From the NCBI GenBank assembly GCA_040081735.1, contig JBEBFX010000003.1:1-35808 (forward strand): a stretch of DNA of 35,808 bases. Direction: 5' to 3'. Made by a program: the position numbers and the translations under genes. Source of the stretch: Alphaproteobacteria bacterium (lineage in GTDB: Bacteria; Pseudomonadota; Alphaproteobacteria; UBA11222). The notes below the pieces were generated by a model. It was not told the DNA's origin, did not search any database, and was given only the letters and a program-made list of their open reading frames with translations. Below are positions 1 to 10,159 of the stretch, in pieces; position 1 is the first letter of the stretch; every line of letters starts with the position of its first letter.

Positions 1-843
1 GTGGACACCATGAAAGAAAAAATTGGCTTTATCGGCCTGGGCAATATGGGCAAGCCGATGGCGATGAACCTGGCGCGGGCGGGACTGGATTTGACTGTCT
101 ATGACGTCAATCCGGACGCAATGCGCGATCTTGTGGCGCTGGGCGCAAAGCCGGCAGGCTCGGCCGCCGAGATCGGCGAAAATTGCAGCATTATTGAACT
201 TGTGGTCATCAATGACCGCCAGGTCGAAGAAGTCATTTCGGGCCGTGGTCAGGGCGATGGCCTGCTGGCCGGCATGAAAGCGGGCGGCCTGATCATTATT
301 CACAGCACCGTTAACCCGGACACCTGCCAGCGCATGGCGGCGATTTGCGCAGAACGGCATATCGGCGTAATCGACGCCGCCGTCAGCGGCGCCGAGGCCC
401 GCTCTATTGCCGGCACGCTTACCTTGATGGTTGGCGGTGACGCGGCACAGGTGGAACGCGCCCGGCCCCTGTTTTCTGTCGTCGGTGAAGAGATTTTTCA
501 CATGGGCGCCGTCGGCATGGGGCAAGCGGCGAAGCTGTGTAATAATCTGATGGCGCTGGTGAATTTGAAAGTCGCCGAGGAGGCGCTGGCGCTGGCGCGC
601 GCCGCCGGGATCGACGAGGATCTTATGATCAGGATCGCTTGCGCAAGTTCAGGTGACAGCTTTGCCCTGCGCGCGATCAAACCCCTGCGCGAGCTGATTT
701 CGAGTACCGCTCCCGGCGGCGGCACGGGCGCGGCGCTGGTGGCCAAGGATTTGCAGCTTGTCCTGCGCCTGGGCAAAACCCTTGGTGTTCCCCTGACGAT
801 CACCGGGTTCGCCACTAACCGCGACCACCCCAAACCCGAATGA
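1..843 (+). CDS. NAD(P)-dependent beta-hydroxyacid dehydrogenase (3-hydroxyisobutyrate dehydrogenase/GarR family); true start may be the ATG at 10
   Basis: Rossmann motif GFIGLGNMG, DAAVSG (family DAPVSGG) and catalytic Lys in AAKLCNN. Confidence 0.9.
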   Translation: MDTMKEKIGFIGLGNMGKPMAMNLARAGLDLTVYDVNPDAMRDLVALGAKPAGSAAEIGENCSIIELVVINDRQVEEVISGRGQGDGLLAGMKAGGLIIIHSTVNPDTCQRMAAICAERHIGVIDAAVSGAEARSIAGTLTLMVGGDAAQVERARPLFSVVGEEIFHMGAVGMGQAAKLCNNLMALVNLKVAEEALALARAAGIDEDLMIRIACASSGDSFALRAIKPLRELISSTAPGGGTGAALVAKDLQLVLRLGKTLGVPLTITGFATNRDHPKPE

Positions 844-1049
844 TTATCCTGTCTACCGGTGACGTGCCATGCCCCCATTGCGGCGCCAGGACTGCCATGG
901 GCCTTCTGGAAATCCGCGACATGACAATCTTCGCCTGTCCGCAATGCGCGCGTGAGAGTAAAATAGACGCTGCGAAATATAGCCATGATATCGCCATGTA
1001 TCAGTGGGCGCAGCGTCAGCTCAGCGGGAATCAGGAGATTCCGGAATGA
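840..1049 (+). CDS. Small Zn-ribbon-like protein (CPHC-x18-CPQC), 69 aa
   Basis: Two CxxC pairs. ATGA overlaps with both the upstream stop (840-843) and the downstream start (1046-1049) support a real, translationally coupled gene. Confidence 0.75.
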   Translation: MIILSTGDVPCPHCGARTAMGLLEIRDMTIFACPQCARESKIDAAKYSHDIAMYQWAQRQLSGNQEIPE

Positions 1050-2116
1050 ATCCGCTCCTGCGGGGCGCTGCCCTGCCCGCGCTTTTTTCCGCCGCGTTGT
1101 TTGGGCTTGCCACGCCCTTTGCCAAAATGCTGCTGGGCGGCGTCGAGGCGTGGCTGCTGGCGGGTTTGCTGTATCTTGGTGCAGGACTGGGCCTCGGCTT
1201 ATATACGCTGCTCCAGCGTCTGGGCGGTAACGCGCCCGGCGGCGCGCCACTTGGCCGCGCTGAAATGCCGTGGCTTGCCGGGGCGATCGCTGCGGGCGGC
1301 ATAATCGCCCCCGTGATGCTGATGACCGGCCTGCGCATGACCTCTGCCACCAGCGGGTCATTGCTGTTGAATCTTGAAGCGATTGCAACGGTCGCCATTG
1401 CAGCCCTGGTGTTTCGTGAACATACCGGGGGCCGTCTTTTACTGGGCGCGGCCCTGATCATTGGCGGCGCGGTTGCGCTGTCCTGGCGGGGAAGTGACTT
1501 TTCCCTGAATGGCGGCGCCGTCCTGATCGTATGCGCATGTATCGCCTGGGGCATCGACAATAATCTCACCCGCCGCATCTCCGGCGCAGACCCGGTGCGG
1601 ATCACCCTGCTGCGCGGCCTGGTTGCTGGCAGCGTCAATGTCACGATCGGCCTGGCAGGCGGCGCTGTGCTTCCAGCGCCTGTTATTCTCGCTGGAGCTC
1701 TGGTTACCGGCTTTCTGGGGTATGGAGTAAGCTTGGTGCTGTTCGTGATATCATTGCGGCGCCTTGGCGCGGCGCGGACCGGCGCGTATTTTTCGACCGC
1801 GCCTTTCATTGGGGCGGCAGCCGCCATTCCCCTGTTGTCTGATCCAGTCACGCCGCAAATTCTGATTGCGAGTTTATTGATGGGAATTGGCGTCTGGCTG
1901 AGCCTGACCGAAAACCATGCCCATTCCCATGCCCATGAACCCCTGGAACATAGCCATCTGCATAACCATGATGACCATCACCAACACCCCCATGCCGGGG
2001 ATATGGCGCGCATGGAACCCCACACGCACCCTCATATCCACGAACCCCTGGTCCATGCCCATGGGCACTGGCCTGATCTGCACCATCGGCACGGGCATAA
2101 AAACCTGGTGACATGA
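1046..2116 (+). CDS. EamA/DMT-family transporter with His-rich C-terminal tail
   Basis: About 10 hydrophobic segments in two EamA-like halves. The tail has 23 His in 61 residues (1916-2098). Start moved from 1004 to ATG 1046 (ATGA overlap, AGGAG upstream). Confidence 0.9.
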   Translation: MNPLLRGAALPALFSAALFGLATPFAKMLLGGVEAWLLAGLLYLGAGLGLGLYTLLQRLGGNAPGGAPLGRAEMPWLAGAIAAGGIIAPVMLMTGLRMTSATSGSLLLNLEAIATVAIAALVFREHTGGRLLLGAALIIGGAVALSWRGSDFSLNGGAVLIVCACIAWGIDNNLTRRISGADPVRITLLRGLVAGSVNVTIGLAGGAVLPAPVILAGALVTGFLGYGVSLVLFVISLRRLGAARTGAYFSTAPFIGAAAAIPLLSDPVTPQILIASLLMGIGVWLSLTENHAHSHAHEPLEHSHLHNHDDHHQHPHAGDMARMEPHTHPHIHEPLVHAHGHWPDLHHRHGHKNLVT

Positions 2117-2160
2117 CACCTTAGCTTGCGGGCGAGGCTCGCGCACGTTAGGCAGAGTGT

Positions 2161-3162
2161 ATGACGGATAAAAAGTCTGACATGGCCGAGATCACCGATC
2201 TGGCCGGACGCCTGTTAGCGGGCGACCGCCGCGCCCTGGCGCGCGCCATAACGCTGATTGAATCGCGCCGTCCTTCCGACCGGCCAAAAGCCGGGGCGCT
2301 GTTGCGCCAGCTGCTGCCATCGGCGGGCAAAGCCATCCGGCTGGGTTTTTCCGGCGCGCCGGGAGTTGGAAAGTCGAGCTTCATTGAAACTTTCGGAACC
2401 TTCCTGACCGGACGCGGATTGAAGGTCGCCGTGCTGGCAATCGATCCTTCCTCGACACGTTCCGGCGGCTCTATTCTTGGGGATAAAACCCGCATGGAGT
2501 TGTTGTCCCGCGATCCCAACGCCTTTATCCGCCCAACGCCTTCAAGCGGCGCCCTGGGCGGGGTGGCGCGCCGCACCCGCGAGGCCATGCTGGCCGCCGA
2601 CGCCGCAGGCTATGATGTCGTGATTATCGAAACCGTCGGCGTCGGGCAATCGGAAACCCAGGTCTGCGACATGGTGGACATGTTCGTGCTGCTGTTATCA
2701 CCAGGGGGCGGTGACGAATTGCAGGGCATCAAGCGCGGCATCATGGAATTGGCCGATATGGTGATCGTCAACAAGGCCGACGGCGAATTCCTGAAGGCCG
2801 CCGGCCGGGCCGCAGCGGAACATCAGGCAGCCCTGCATCTGATGCGGCCCAAGACCCTGCGCTGGCAGGTGCCGGTACTGCAAACTTCAGCCCTGACGGG
2901 GGATGGCTTGAACCAGGTCTGGGAAAACATCCAGGCCTATCGCGAGGCCCTGGGCAAATCCGGAGAAATCGCCGCCCGGCGCGCCCTCCAGGCCAGTGCC
3001 TGGATGTGGTCGGAAGTACATGACGGCCTTCTGGACATGCTGCACGAGGATCCCGCCACAGAAAAACTGGCGGCCAAACTTGAAAAGCAGGTGCTGGAAG
3101 GCAAGCTTCCCGCAAGCGAGGCTGCACGGCAAATACTGGAACTGTTCCGCCGTAAGGCCTGA
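2161..3162 (+). CDS. meaB: Methylmalonyl-CoA mutase-associated GTPase MeaB (ArgK/MMAA family)
   Basis: P-loop [35 protein letters not shown] and NKAD motifs. Confidence 0.95.
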   Translation: MTDKKSDMAEITDLAGRLLAGDRRALARAITLIESRRPSDRPKAGALLRQLLPSAGKAIRLGFSGAPGVGKSSFIETFGTFLTGRGLKVAVLAIDPSSTRSGGSILGDKTRMELLSRDPNAFIRPTPSSGALGGVARRTREAMLAADAAGYDVVIIETVGVGQSETQVCDMVDMFVLLLSPGGGDELQGIKRGIMELADMVIVNKADGEFLKAAGRAAAEHQAALHLMRPKTLRWQVPVLQTSALTGDGLNQVWENIQAYREALGKSGEIAARRALQASAWMWSEVHDGLLDMLHEDPATEKLAAKLEKQVLEGKLPASEAARQILELFRRKA

Positions 3163-3203
3163 TCGAACGGAAGGGAAATTTCCGTGACGCTGAAAAATCC
3201 ACT

Positions 3204-3276
3204 TTTGTCATTCTGAGCGAAGCGAAGAATCTCAAGCCTCCACAGAGGGATTCTTCGCTTCGCTCAGAATGACAAA
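3204..3276. repeat. REP-like palindromic element (28-bp perfect arms, 17-nt loop) between convergent genes
   Basis: TTTGTCATTCTGAGCGAAGCGAAGAATC (3204-3231) is the exact reverse complement of GATTCTTCGCTTCGCTCAGAATGACAAA (3249-3276). Confidence 0.9.
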
Positions 3277-3319
3277 GTGTTCCGATCAGAATGACAAAGT
3301 GTTCCGCTCAGAATGACAA
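3264..3319. repeat. 22-bp tandem repeat (about 2.5 copies) of the palindrome's right end
   Basis: TCAGAATGACAAAGTGTTCCG(A/C) at 3264-3285 and 3286-3307, then partial TCAGAATGACAA at 3308-3319. Confidence 0.9.
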
Positions 3320-3342
3320 CGGAAAATCGGTTAGTTAACCTG

Positions 3343-5220
<1,878 letters not shown>

Positions 5221-5265
5221 TGTATTGCGCTCCCCTTCTGGGATCTGATCCCCGCCTAAATTTAT

Positions 5266-5286
5266 TTACTGACATTATATCAGCAA
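5266..5286. promoter_or_regulatory. Candidate operator (imperfect palindrome) upstream of the BVMO gene
   Basis: TTACTGACAT-T-ATATCAGCAA, 8 of 10 arm positions complementary, 46-66 bp upstream of the BVMO ATG. Confidence 0.35.
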
Positions 5287-5341
5287 AAACTCTTCGGCAA
5301 CACTCTCCTCGGCCTGTCATTCCGGCCATGAACAGTACGCC

Positions 5342-5370
5342 TTGACGGACGCCGCTTGCCGCGCTATTCA
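5342..5370 (+). promoter_or_regulatory. Housekeeping sigma70-type promoter of rpmB
   Basis: TTGACG (5342-5347), 17-bp spacer, (GC)TATTCA (5365-5370); resembles the alphaproteobacterial RpoD consensus. Confidence 0.55.
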
Positions 5371-5446
5371 TCCCCCCTCAATTGAACCCGCTTGCCGGGG
5401 CGTTGTCATTTTCTGCACACACTAGCTGAACCCAGGGGATCGATTT

Positions 5447-5743
5447 ATGGCCAGACGCTGTGAACTTACCGGCACCGGCGTACTTACCGGCAATAATGTC
5501 AGTCATGCGAATAACAAGACGCGGCGGCGGTATTTGCCCAATCTGGTCAACGTCACCCTTACCAGCGACGCTTTGGGCCAGGGGGTGCGATTGAAAATTT
5601 GCGCCAGCACCCTGCGCTCGGTCGATCATAACGGCGGCCTTGACGCCTATCTGATGAAAGCCGACGCCGCCAAGATGTCGCTGCGCGCCCAGCGCCTGAA
5701 GCGGCAGATCGCCAGCCGCCGCGCCGCCTCTGCAACAGCCTGA
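5447..5743 (+). CDS. rpmB: 50S ribosomal protein L28
   Basis: MARRCELTG...[19 protein letters not shown]...GGLDAYL signature. Confidence 0.98.
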   Translation: MARRCELTGTGVLTGNNVSHANNKTRRRYLPNLVNVTLTSDALGQGVRLKICASTLRSVDHNGGLDAYLMKADAAKMSLRAQRLKRQIASRRAASATA

Positions 5744-5747
5744 TCGG

Positions 5748-6734
5748 CTAGTTTGCAAGTTTGAACATCAGTAGAAGATTTTTCTGCAACACATTGAAAT
5801 TATTATCAGAAATGATGTAGATAATAATTTCACCCGCGTCATTGGTGCGCGTTGCCAGCCCTTCGAAATTATCAATTCCATAGCGGGCGGCAAGATTGAT
5901 CAACACCTCGCCGTCCAATAATGCGTCCGGCCGCAGCGTGTCAGCCCTGATGCGCCTGATCTGCATACCCGGCCCGCCGGCGACGGTGTACCGCCGCTCC
6001 AGCACCAGCAAGTCGCCGTCCGGCAAAAACTCCATGTCAGTGGGATCAAAAATGCCTTCCCTGTGCAGACTGATGCTGTCCTTGCCAGCATTGACCATGA
6101 GCCAGCCAGTTTGATTCCCCGCTTTATCCAGCCATTCCTCGGTCAGGGCAATCAGCGCGCCATCGGCACGGCGGTCAAACGCCTCAAGCCCCTTGTTGGA
6201 TGGCGCCTGCCGCAGGGTCTCCGGCATCGTCACCCCCACAGGCCTGCCCTGCAATCCTTGCGGATAATACCACACGCGATGGTTACCCTCGAACGAGACA
6301 TAAGCAGGGCCAGCCAGATTTCCCGGCCGTTCCAGCGTCAGGGATTCAGCGTCGGACTGATCCTTCCCCGCAATGGCCCGGCCATCCAGCCCTAACAGGG
6401 AAGAAATTCCGGCATTCAAAAGGCCGGTGAGCCGGCCATCCTCATAGGCAAGTTCAGCGCCAAGCCATTTTCCCTTGTCGGACACAGCCAAAAGACGGCT
6501 GCCGTCAGCGCTGATCTGCAAACCGGAAAATCCGCCGAAATCCGGATTATCCGACCCCATGACAATGCCCGACAGATAAATCAGTTTGCCAAATTCAATG
6601 CGCGCCGGAGCATCGCTGTCCAGAATATGAGGCCTGCTCTGAATGGTGACCGGGGTCTGGGCAATCGCGTCCTGCCATGTCAGAAAACCCGGCAGCAGCA
6701 ACGTCATCGCCAGCACGCGCCAGTTAAATTTCAT
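5748..6734 (-). CDS. Secreted 'esterase-like activity of phytase' family beta-propeller protein
   Basis: Signal-peptide-like N-terminus (..AIA-Q). Motifs FGGFSGL, SDKG, DAESL, NKGLEA, DNFEGL, ISDNNF. Confidence 0.82.
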   Translation of the reverse strand: MKFNWRVLAMTLLLPGFLTWQDAIAQTPVTIQSRPHILDSDAPARIEFGKLIYLSGIVMGSDNPDFGGFSGLQISADGSRLLAVSDKGKWLGAELAYEDGRLTGLLNAGISSLLGLDGRAIAGKDQSDAESLTLERPGNLAGPAYVSFEGNHRVWYYPQGLQGRPVGVTMPETLRQAPSNKGLEAFDRRADGALIALTEEWLDKAGNQTGWLMVNAGKDSISLHREGIFDPTDMEFLPDGDLLVLERRYTVAGGPGMQIRRIRADTLRPDALLDGEVLINLAARYGIDNFEGLATRTNDAGEIIIYIISDNNFNVLQKNLLLMFKLAN

Positions 6735-6928
6735 GGGGTGACACCTCTATGAGCCGCAGAAATAATTATCCGTAAAGTTCCCACGGAATTATATAAAATA
6801 CCAGAAGGCTGGCAGATTATGTCCGATAGAAGGCGATCATCAACCCCTCTGCATCCGGGAAGAACTCTTCCAAACGGCCGTCATGGCCTGTATCATCGGA
6901 AGCTGAATAAAAGGAGCACAGAAGACAG

Positions 6929-7720
6929 ATGAGCCAATATATTGAGGACCGCCGCGAAGCCTATATTCAGACCATACGTCTGAACCGGCCTGACAAAAAA
7001 AACGCGCTGTTGCCCGAAATGTACAAGGCCATTGCCGAAGCCCTGCAAAGCGCCCAGAGCGATAAGAATGTTCGCGTAACCGTGATTACCGGCGCCGGCG
7101 ACAGTTTTACTGCGGGTAATGACATGGGTGATTTTGCCGCCGCAGGGAATGCGCCCCTGGGTGAAAAGTCCATCGTCCAGGGCCCGGCGCCCTTCACAGG
7201 CTTCCTGAAAGCCCTGACCACAACCAGCAAACCATTGATCGCTGCGGTGAATGGACTGGCAATCGGTATCGGCACCACCCTGCTGCCGCACTGCGATCTG
7301 GTTTATGCCGCCGATAATGCCCGCTTCAGTATGCCGTTCGTCAATCTGGGCATCGTGCCGGAAGCCGGATCAAGCATGCTGATGCCAAGATTAATGGGCC
7401 ATCAGCGCGCCATGGAACTGTTTTTGCTGGCCGATCCGTTTGACGCTGATACTGCAAAACGCTCGGGGCTTGTGAACGCTATTTTCCCCGCCGGGCAGTT
7501 AATGAAAGAAGTAATGGCGATTGCAGCAAGGCTGGCGGCGAAACCCCCCGGCGCGCTGCGCGAGACCAAACGCCTGGTGCGCGAACATGGCGCATTGCTG
7601 GATAACGCCATCCGAGACGAAGGCCGCACCGGCGAGGCGCAGCTTCGCACGCCGGAATCCAGAGAGGCGATCAAAGCGTTCATGGAGCGCCGGCCCGCAG
7701 ATTTTTCACAATTTGATTAA
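6929..7720 (+). CDS. Enoyl-CoA hydratase/isomerase (crotonase superfamily)
   Basis: LNRPDKKNAL, FTAGNDM, KPLIAAVNGLAIGIG, PEAGSS. AAGGAG RBS upstream. Confidence 0.92.
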   Translation: MSQYIEDRREAYIQTIRLNRPDKKNALLPEMYKAIAEALQSAQSDKNVRVTVITGAGDSFTAGNDMGDFAAAGNAPLGEKSIVQGPAPFTGFLKALTTTSKPLIAAVNGLAIGIGTTLLPHCDLVYAADNARFSMPFVNLGIVPEAGSSMLMPRLMGHQRAMELFLLADPFDADTAKRSGLVNAIFPAGQLMKEVMAIAARLAAKPPGALRETKRLVREHGALLDNAIRDEGRTGEAQLRTPESREAIKAFMERRPADFSQFD

Positions 7721-7721
7721 T

Positions 7722-9158
7722 TCAGGAAACAGCCCTGCGTTCACGCAGCGCCAGCATAATTTCGGCATGGCGCTGGCGCGATAAATCATACCGCATGAAA
7801 TAAATCACCCCAAAAACCATTACCGCAGCCATTAAAGGACCATTCAACAGGCCAAGCTGCGTGAGCTTATCCGGCGCAACGGCCCCCACTTCCGCTTGCG
7901 CCGGAAAGCCAATGACATCAATCAGGATGCCGGCTATCACATGACCGAATGCGCTTGCCGCCTTGCCTGCAAAAGACGCTGCGGAAAAGAATACGCCTTC
8001 CTGCCGCCTGCCGCTCGTCAGTTCGTGCTCATCGGCTATATCCGCCATCATCGATCCGCCGCTGACCCCGGCAAGGGCCCCAAAAAAAGCGGCGACGGAA
8101 ACCAGAGCCAGCAATAAGGGGAACAGCAGCGGGTGCGCATTACCTGGAAACAATCCAAGCTCGCGTAAACCCGGGCCAATGGCCGTAAGCGCCGCCAGCA
8201 TGGCCATGCCAACAGCGAAGGTCAGCTTCTTGTCAAAGCGATCGTGGGCGCGCCGCAACACCACCAGTCCCAGGATAAATCCCAACCCCGCCCATAGAAC
8301 GAAAGCCGATGTTTTCGCCTGCGACAATTCCCAGTAATAAGTAGACATATGCAGCGTTAGGGTCGAGTGCACCCCTCCAACCATGGCAACCAGCAGGATT
8401 CCGCTAAACAGCGCGCGGAATGATTTATTGCCAAGTGCGCCTTTTACTTCGATGAAAGAACGCGCCAGTAATGATCCGTTATACTCACTGACAACCGTTT
8501 TCTTCAGCGTGGGGATAATACTGCGCGTCATCAGTGTACTGAATAATATGACACCGCCCATGCACAGCGCCATTGCAAAAGCAAATGGCGAATAGCCAGC
8601 CGGATTTAGCTGACCAGTTGGGAACGCCTCCGTTGGGGCCAGAAAAAAATTCAAACCCGCCAGTAACCCGAACACGGATCCCAGAGCCGCAAAAACCGTC
8701 CGCTGCGCGACAATCGTGCTGCGCTCGGTATAATGATCGGTAAGCTCCGCGCCAAGCGCCAGATGCGGCACATGAAACAGGGCCATGCTGGCGCGCGACA
8801 ATACTGAAAATATGGTCAGCCACAAAAACAGCCCGGTAGAACCAAGCCCGTCCGGCGGCGCAAACAGCAGAAAAAATGTAACGCCCAAAGGCAGGATTGA
8901 GGCAAGCATCAATGGATGACGGCGGCCATAGCGCGTATCGAGATTATCTGAAAACGACCCGGCGACCGGATCAATTACCGCATCAACAATCAGCGCAATG
9001 CCAACCGCCAGTCCAGACAGGCTGCCCGACAAACCCAGAACCTGGACATAGTAAAAGAATAAAAAAAACTCGAAAGCCCTGGATTTAATCCCCTCAGCGG
9101 CGCGGCCAACTGCGTATGAAAATATAATTCGCCTGCTAAGCCTGGGGGTTTCTTCCAT
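7722..9158 (-). CDS. MFS transporter, glycoside-pentoside-hexuronide (MelB/GPH-like) family
   Basis: About 12 TM segments. DAVIDPVAGSFSD..TRYGRRHP, ELTDHYTER and ADIADEHEL..GRRQEG motifs. Confidence 0.88.
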   Translation of the reverse strand: MEETPRLSRRIIFSYAVGRAAEGIKSRAFEFFLFFYYVQVLGLSGSLSGLAVGIALIVDAVIDPVAGSFSDNLDTRYGRRHPLMLASILPLGVTFFLLFAPPDGLGSTGLFLWLTIFSVLSRASMALFHVPHLALGAELTDHYTERSTIVAQRTVFAALGSVFGLLAGLNFFLAPTEAFPTGQLNPAGYSPFAFAMALCMGGVILFSTLMTRSIIPTLKKTVVSEYNGSLLARSFIEVKGALGNKSFRALFSGILLVAMVGGVHSTLTLHMSTYYWELSQAKTSAFVLWAGLGFILGLVVLRRAHDRFDKKLTFAVGMAMLAALTAIGPGLRELGLFPGNAHPLLFPLLLALVSVAAFFGALAGVSGGSMMADIADEHELTSGRRQEGVFFSAASFAGKAASAFGHVIAGILIDVIGFPAQAEVGAVAPDKLTQLGLLNGPLMAAVMVFGVIYFMRYDLSRQRHAEIMLALRERRAVS

Positions 9159-9249
9159 GAGCGTTTCGAAATCCTGATAATCTGATCGATGCCATCAACA
9201 AAATGTCCGTCGGCCATCCGGCGAAAATAACCCGGGTATGAAAAAGTAA

Positions 9250-9326
9250 TGGCGTGCCCGGCAGGGCTCGAACCTGCGACCCCAAGCTTAGAAGGCTTGC
9301 GCTCTATCCAACTGAGCTACGGGCAC
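9250..9326 (-). tRNA. tRNA-Arg(UCU)
   Basis: Reverse complement GTGCCCGTAGCTCAGTTGGATAGAGCGCAAGCCTTCTAAGCTTGGGGTCGCAGGTTCGAGCCCTGCCGGGCACGCCA folds as a cloverleaf; anticodon TCT, encoded CCA. Confidence 0.96.
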
Positions 9327-9340
9327 CTGTCACTGCCAGG

Positions 9341-9649
9341 TTAATGGGTCCAGGGGGCAGTGCGGTCGAAACGGAAATTATCCGCATAGGCCTTGAGCAC
9401 CCGCCGTTGCAGACGGGGTTCAATAACCTGATAGTCCAGACCGTGCAGTTGCGCAAAGGCAATGGCTGCTTCACGGCTGTCAAACCGCAATCTCAACTCA
9501 CTGCTGCGCATATCCGACGCGCTGGTCCAGCCCATAAGCGGTTCGATTTTCCTTGCGGCGCCGGTTTCATATTCCAGCGCCCAGCATTGGGTATTGGATT
9601 TACCCGATTGCATCGCCGTCTTGGACGGTTGAAAAATTCTGGCCAGCAT
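9341..9649 (-). CDS. ETC complex I accessory subunit (NDUFS4/18-kDa-like)
   Basis: ARIFQPSKTAMQSG, PLMGWTS, LRFDSREAAIAFA and YADNF motifs. Confidence 0.92.
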   Translation of the reverse strand: MLARIFQPSKTAMQSGKSNTQCWALEYETGAARKIEPLMGWTSASDMRSSELRLRFDSREAAIAFAQLHGLDYQVIEPRLQRRVLKAYADNFRFDRTAPWTH

Positions 9650-9678
9650 CGCTAGAAAATCCTTTCCCTCAACATCAA

Positions 9679-10074
9679 TTATTCGGCCACTTTCTGCTCA
9701 TTGATTTTTGCCATCTGGCTTTGGAACTGGCCCAGGTCGAAATAATCACGCCATTTGGCAATTTTACCTTCCTTGATTTCAAACACGCCCATCACCGGCA
9801 GCGCCAGCCACTGGCCATTGATCCTGAACTTATCGGTGCGTTCGGTCATGACAACGCCGCCCGCGCCTTCTGCAATATGATGCGTCTCGAATTCAACCTT
9901 GTCACCCATGCCGATAAAGCCCTGAATCGTTTTGCGAATATCCGCAACGCCATTCAGGATTGGCATCGGGATGTTGTGATAGACGGCGTCGGGCGTAAAA
10001 AACTGCATGACGCGCTCCAGATCCTGGGCTTCCCATGCGGCAATAAAATCCTTCACGATGGCAATATTGTTCAT
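9679..10074 (-). CDS. Limonene-1,2-epoxide hydrolase family protein (NTF2-like)
   Basis: LEH catalytic set is present: YHN (Tyr/Asn), ERTD (Arg/Asp), WRDYFD (Asp). Confidence 0.88.
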   Translation of the reverse strand: MNNIAIVKDFIAAWEAQDLERVMQFFTPDAVYHNIPMPILNGVADIRKTIQGFIGMGDKVEFETHHIAEGAGGVVMTERTDKFRINGQWLALPVMGVFEIKEGKIAKWRDYFDLGQFQSQMAKINEQKVAE

Positions 10075-10159
10075 TTCGGATACTCCCCTTTTGCGCGTTG
10101 GCCGGATTGAAGAGCCAGCCTATCATGATGCGCAGCATATGAAAACCGATTGCGGACGA

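Noticed and set aside
3264-3319. Possible mini-CRISPR array
   Set aside because: Units are head-to-tail 22-mers with near-identical intervening sequence, no unique spacers and no cas genes.
9254-9655. ORFs overlapping tRNA genes (9254..9655 + and 30165..30494 -)
   Set aside because: They are antisense translations of tRNA-Arg/NDUFS4-like and tRNA-Pro.
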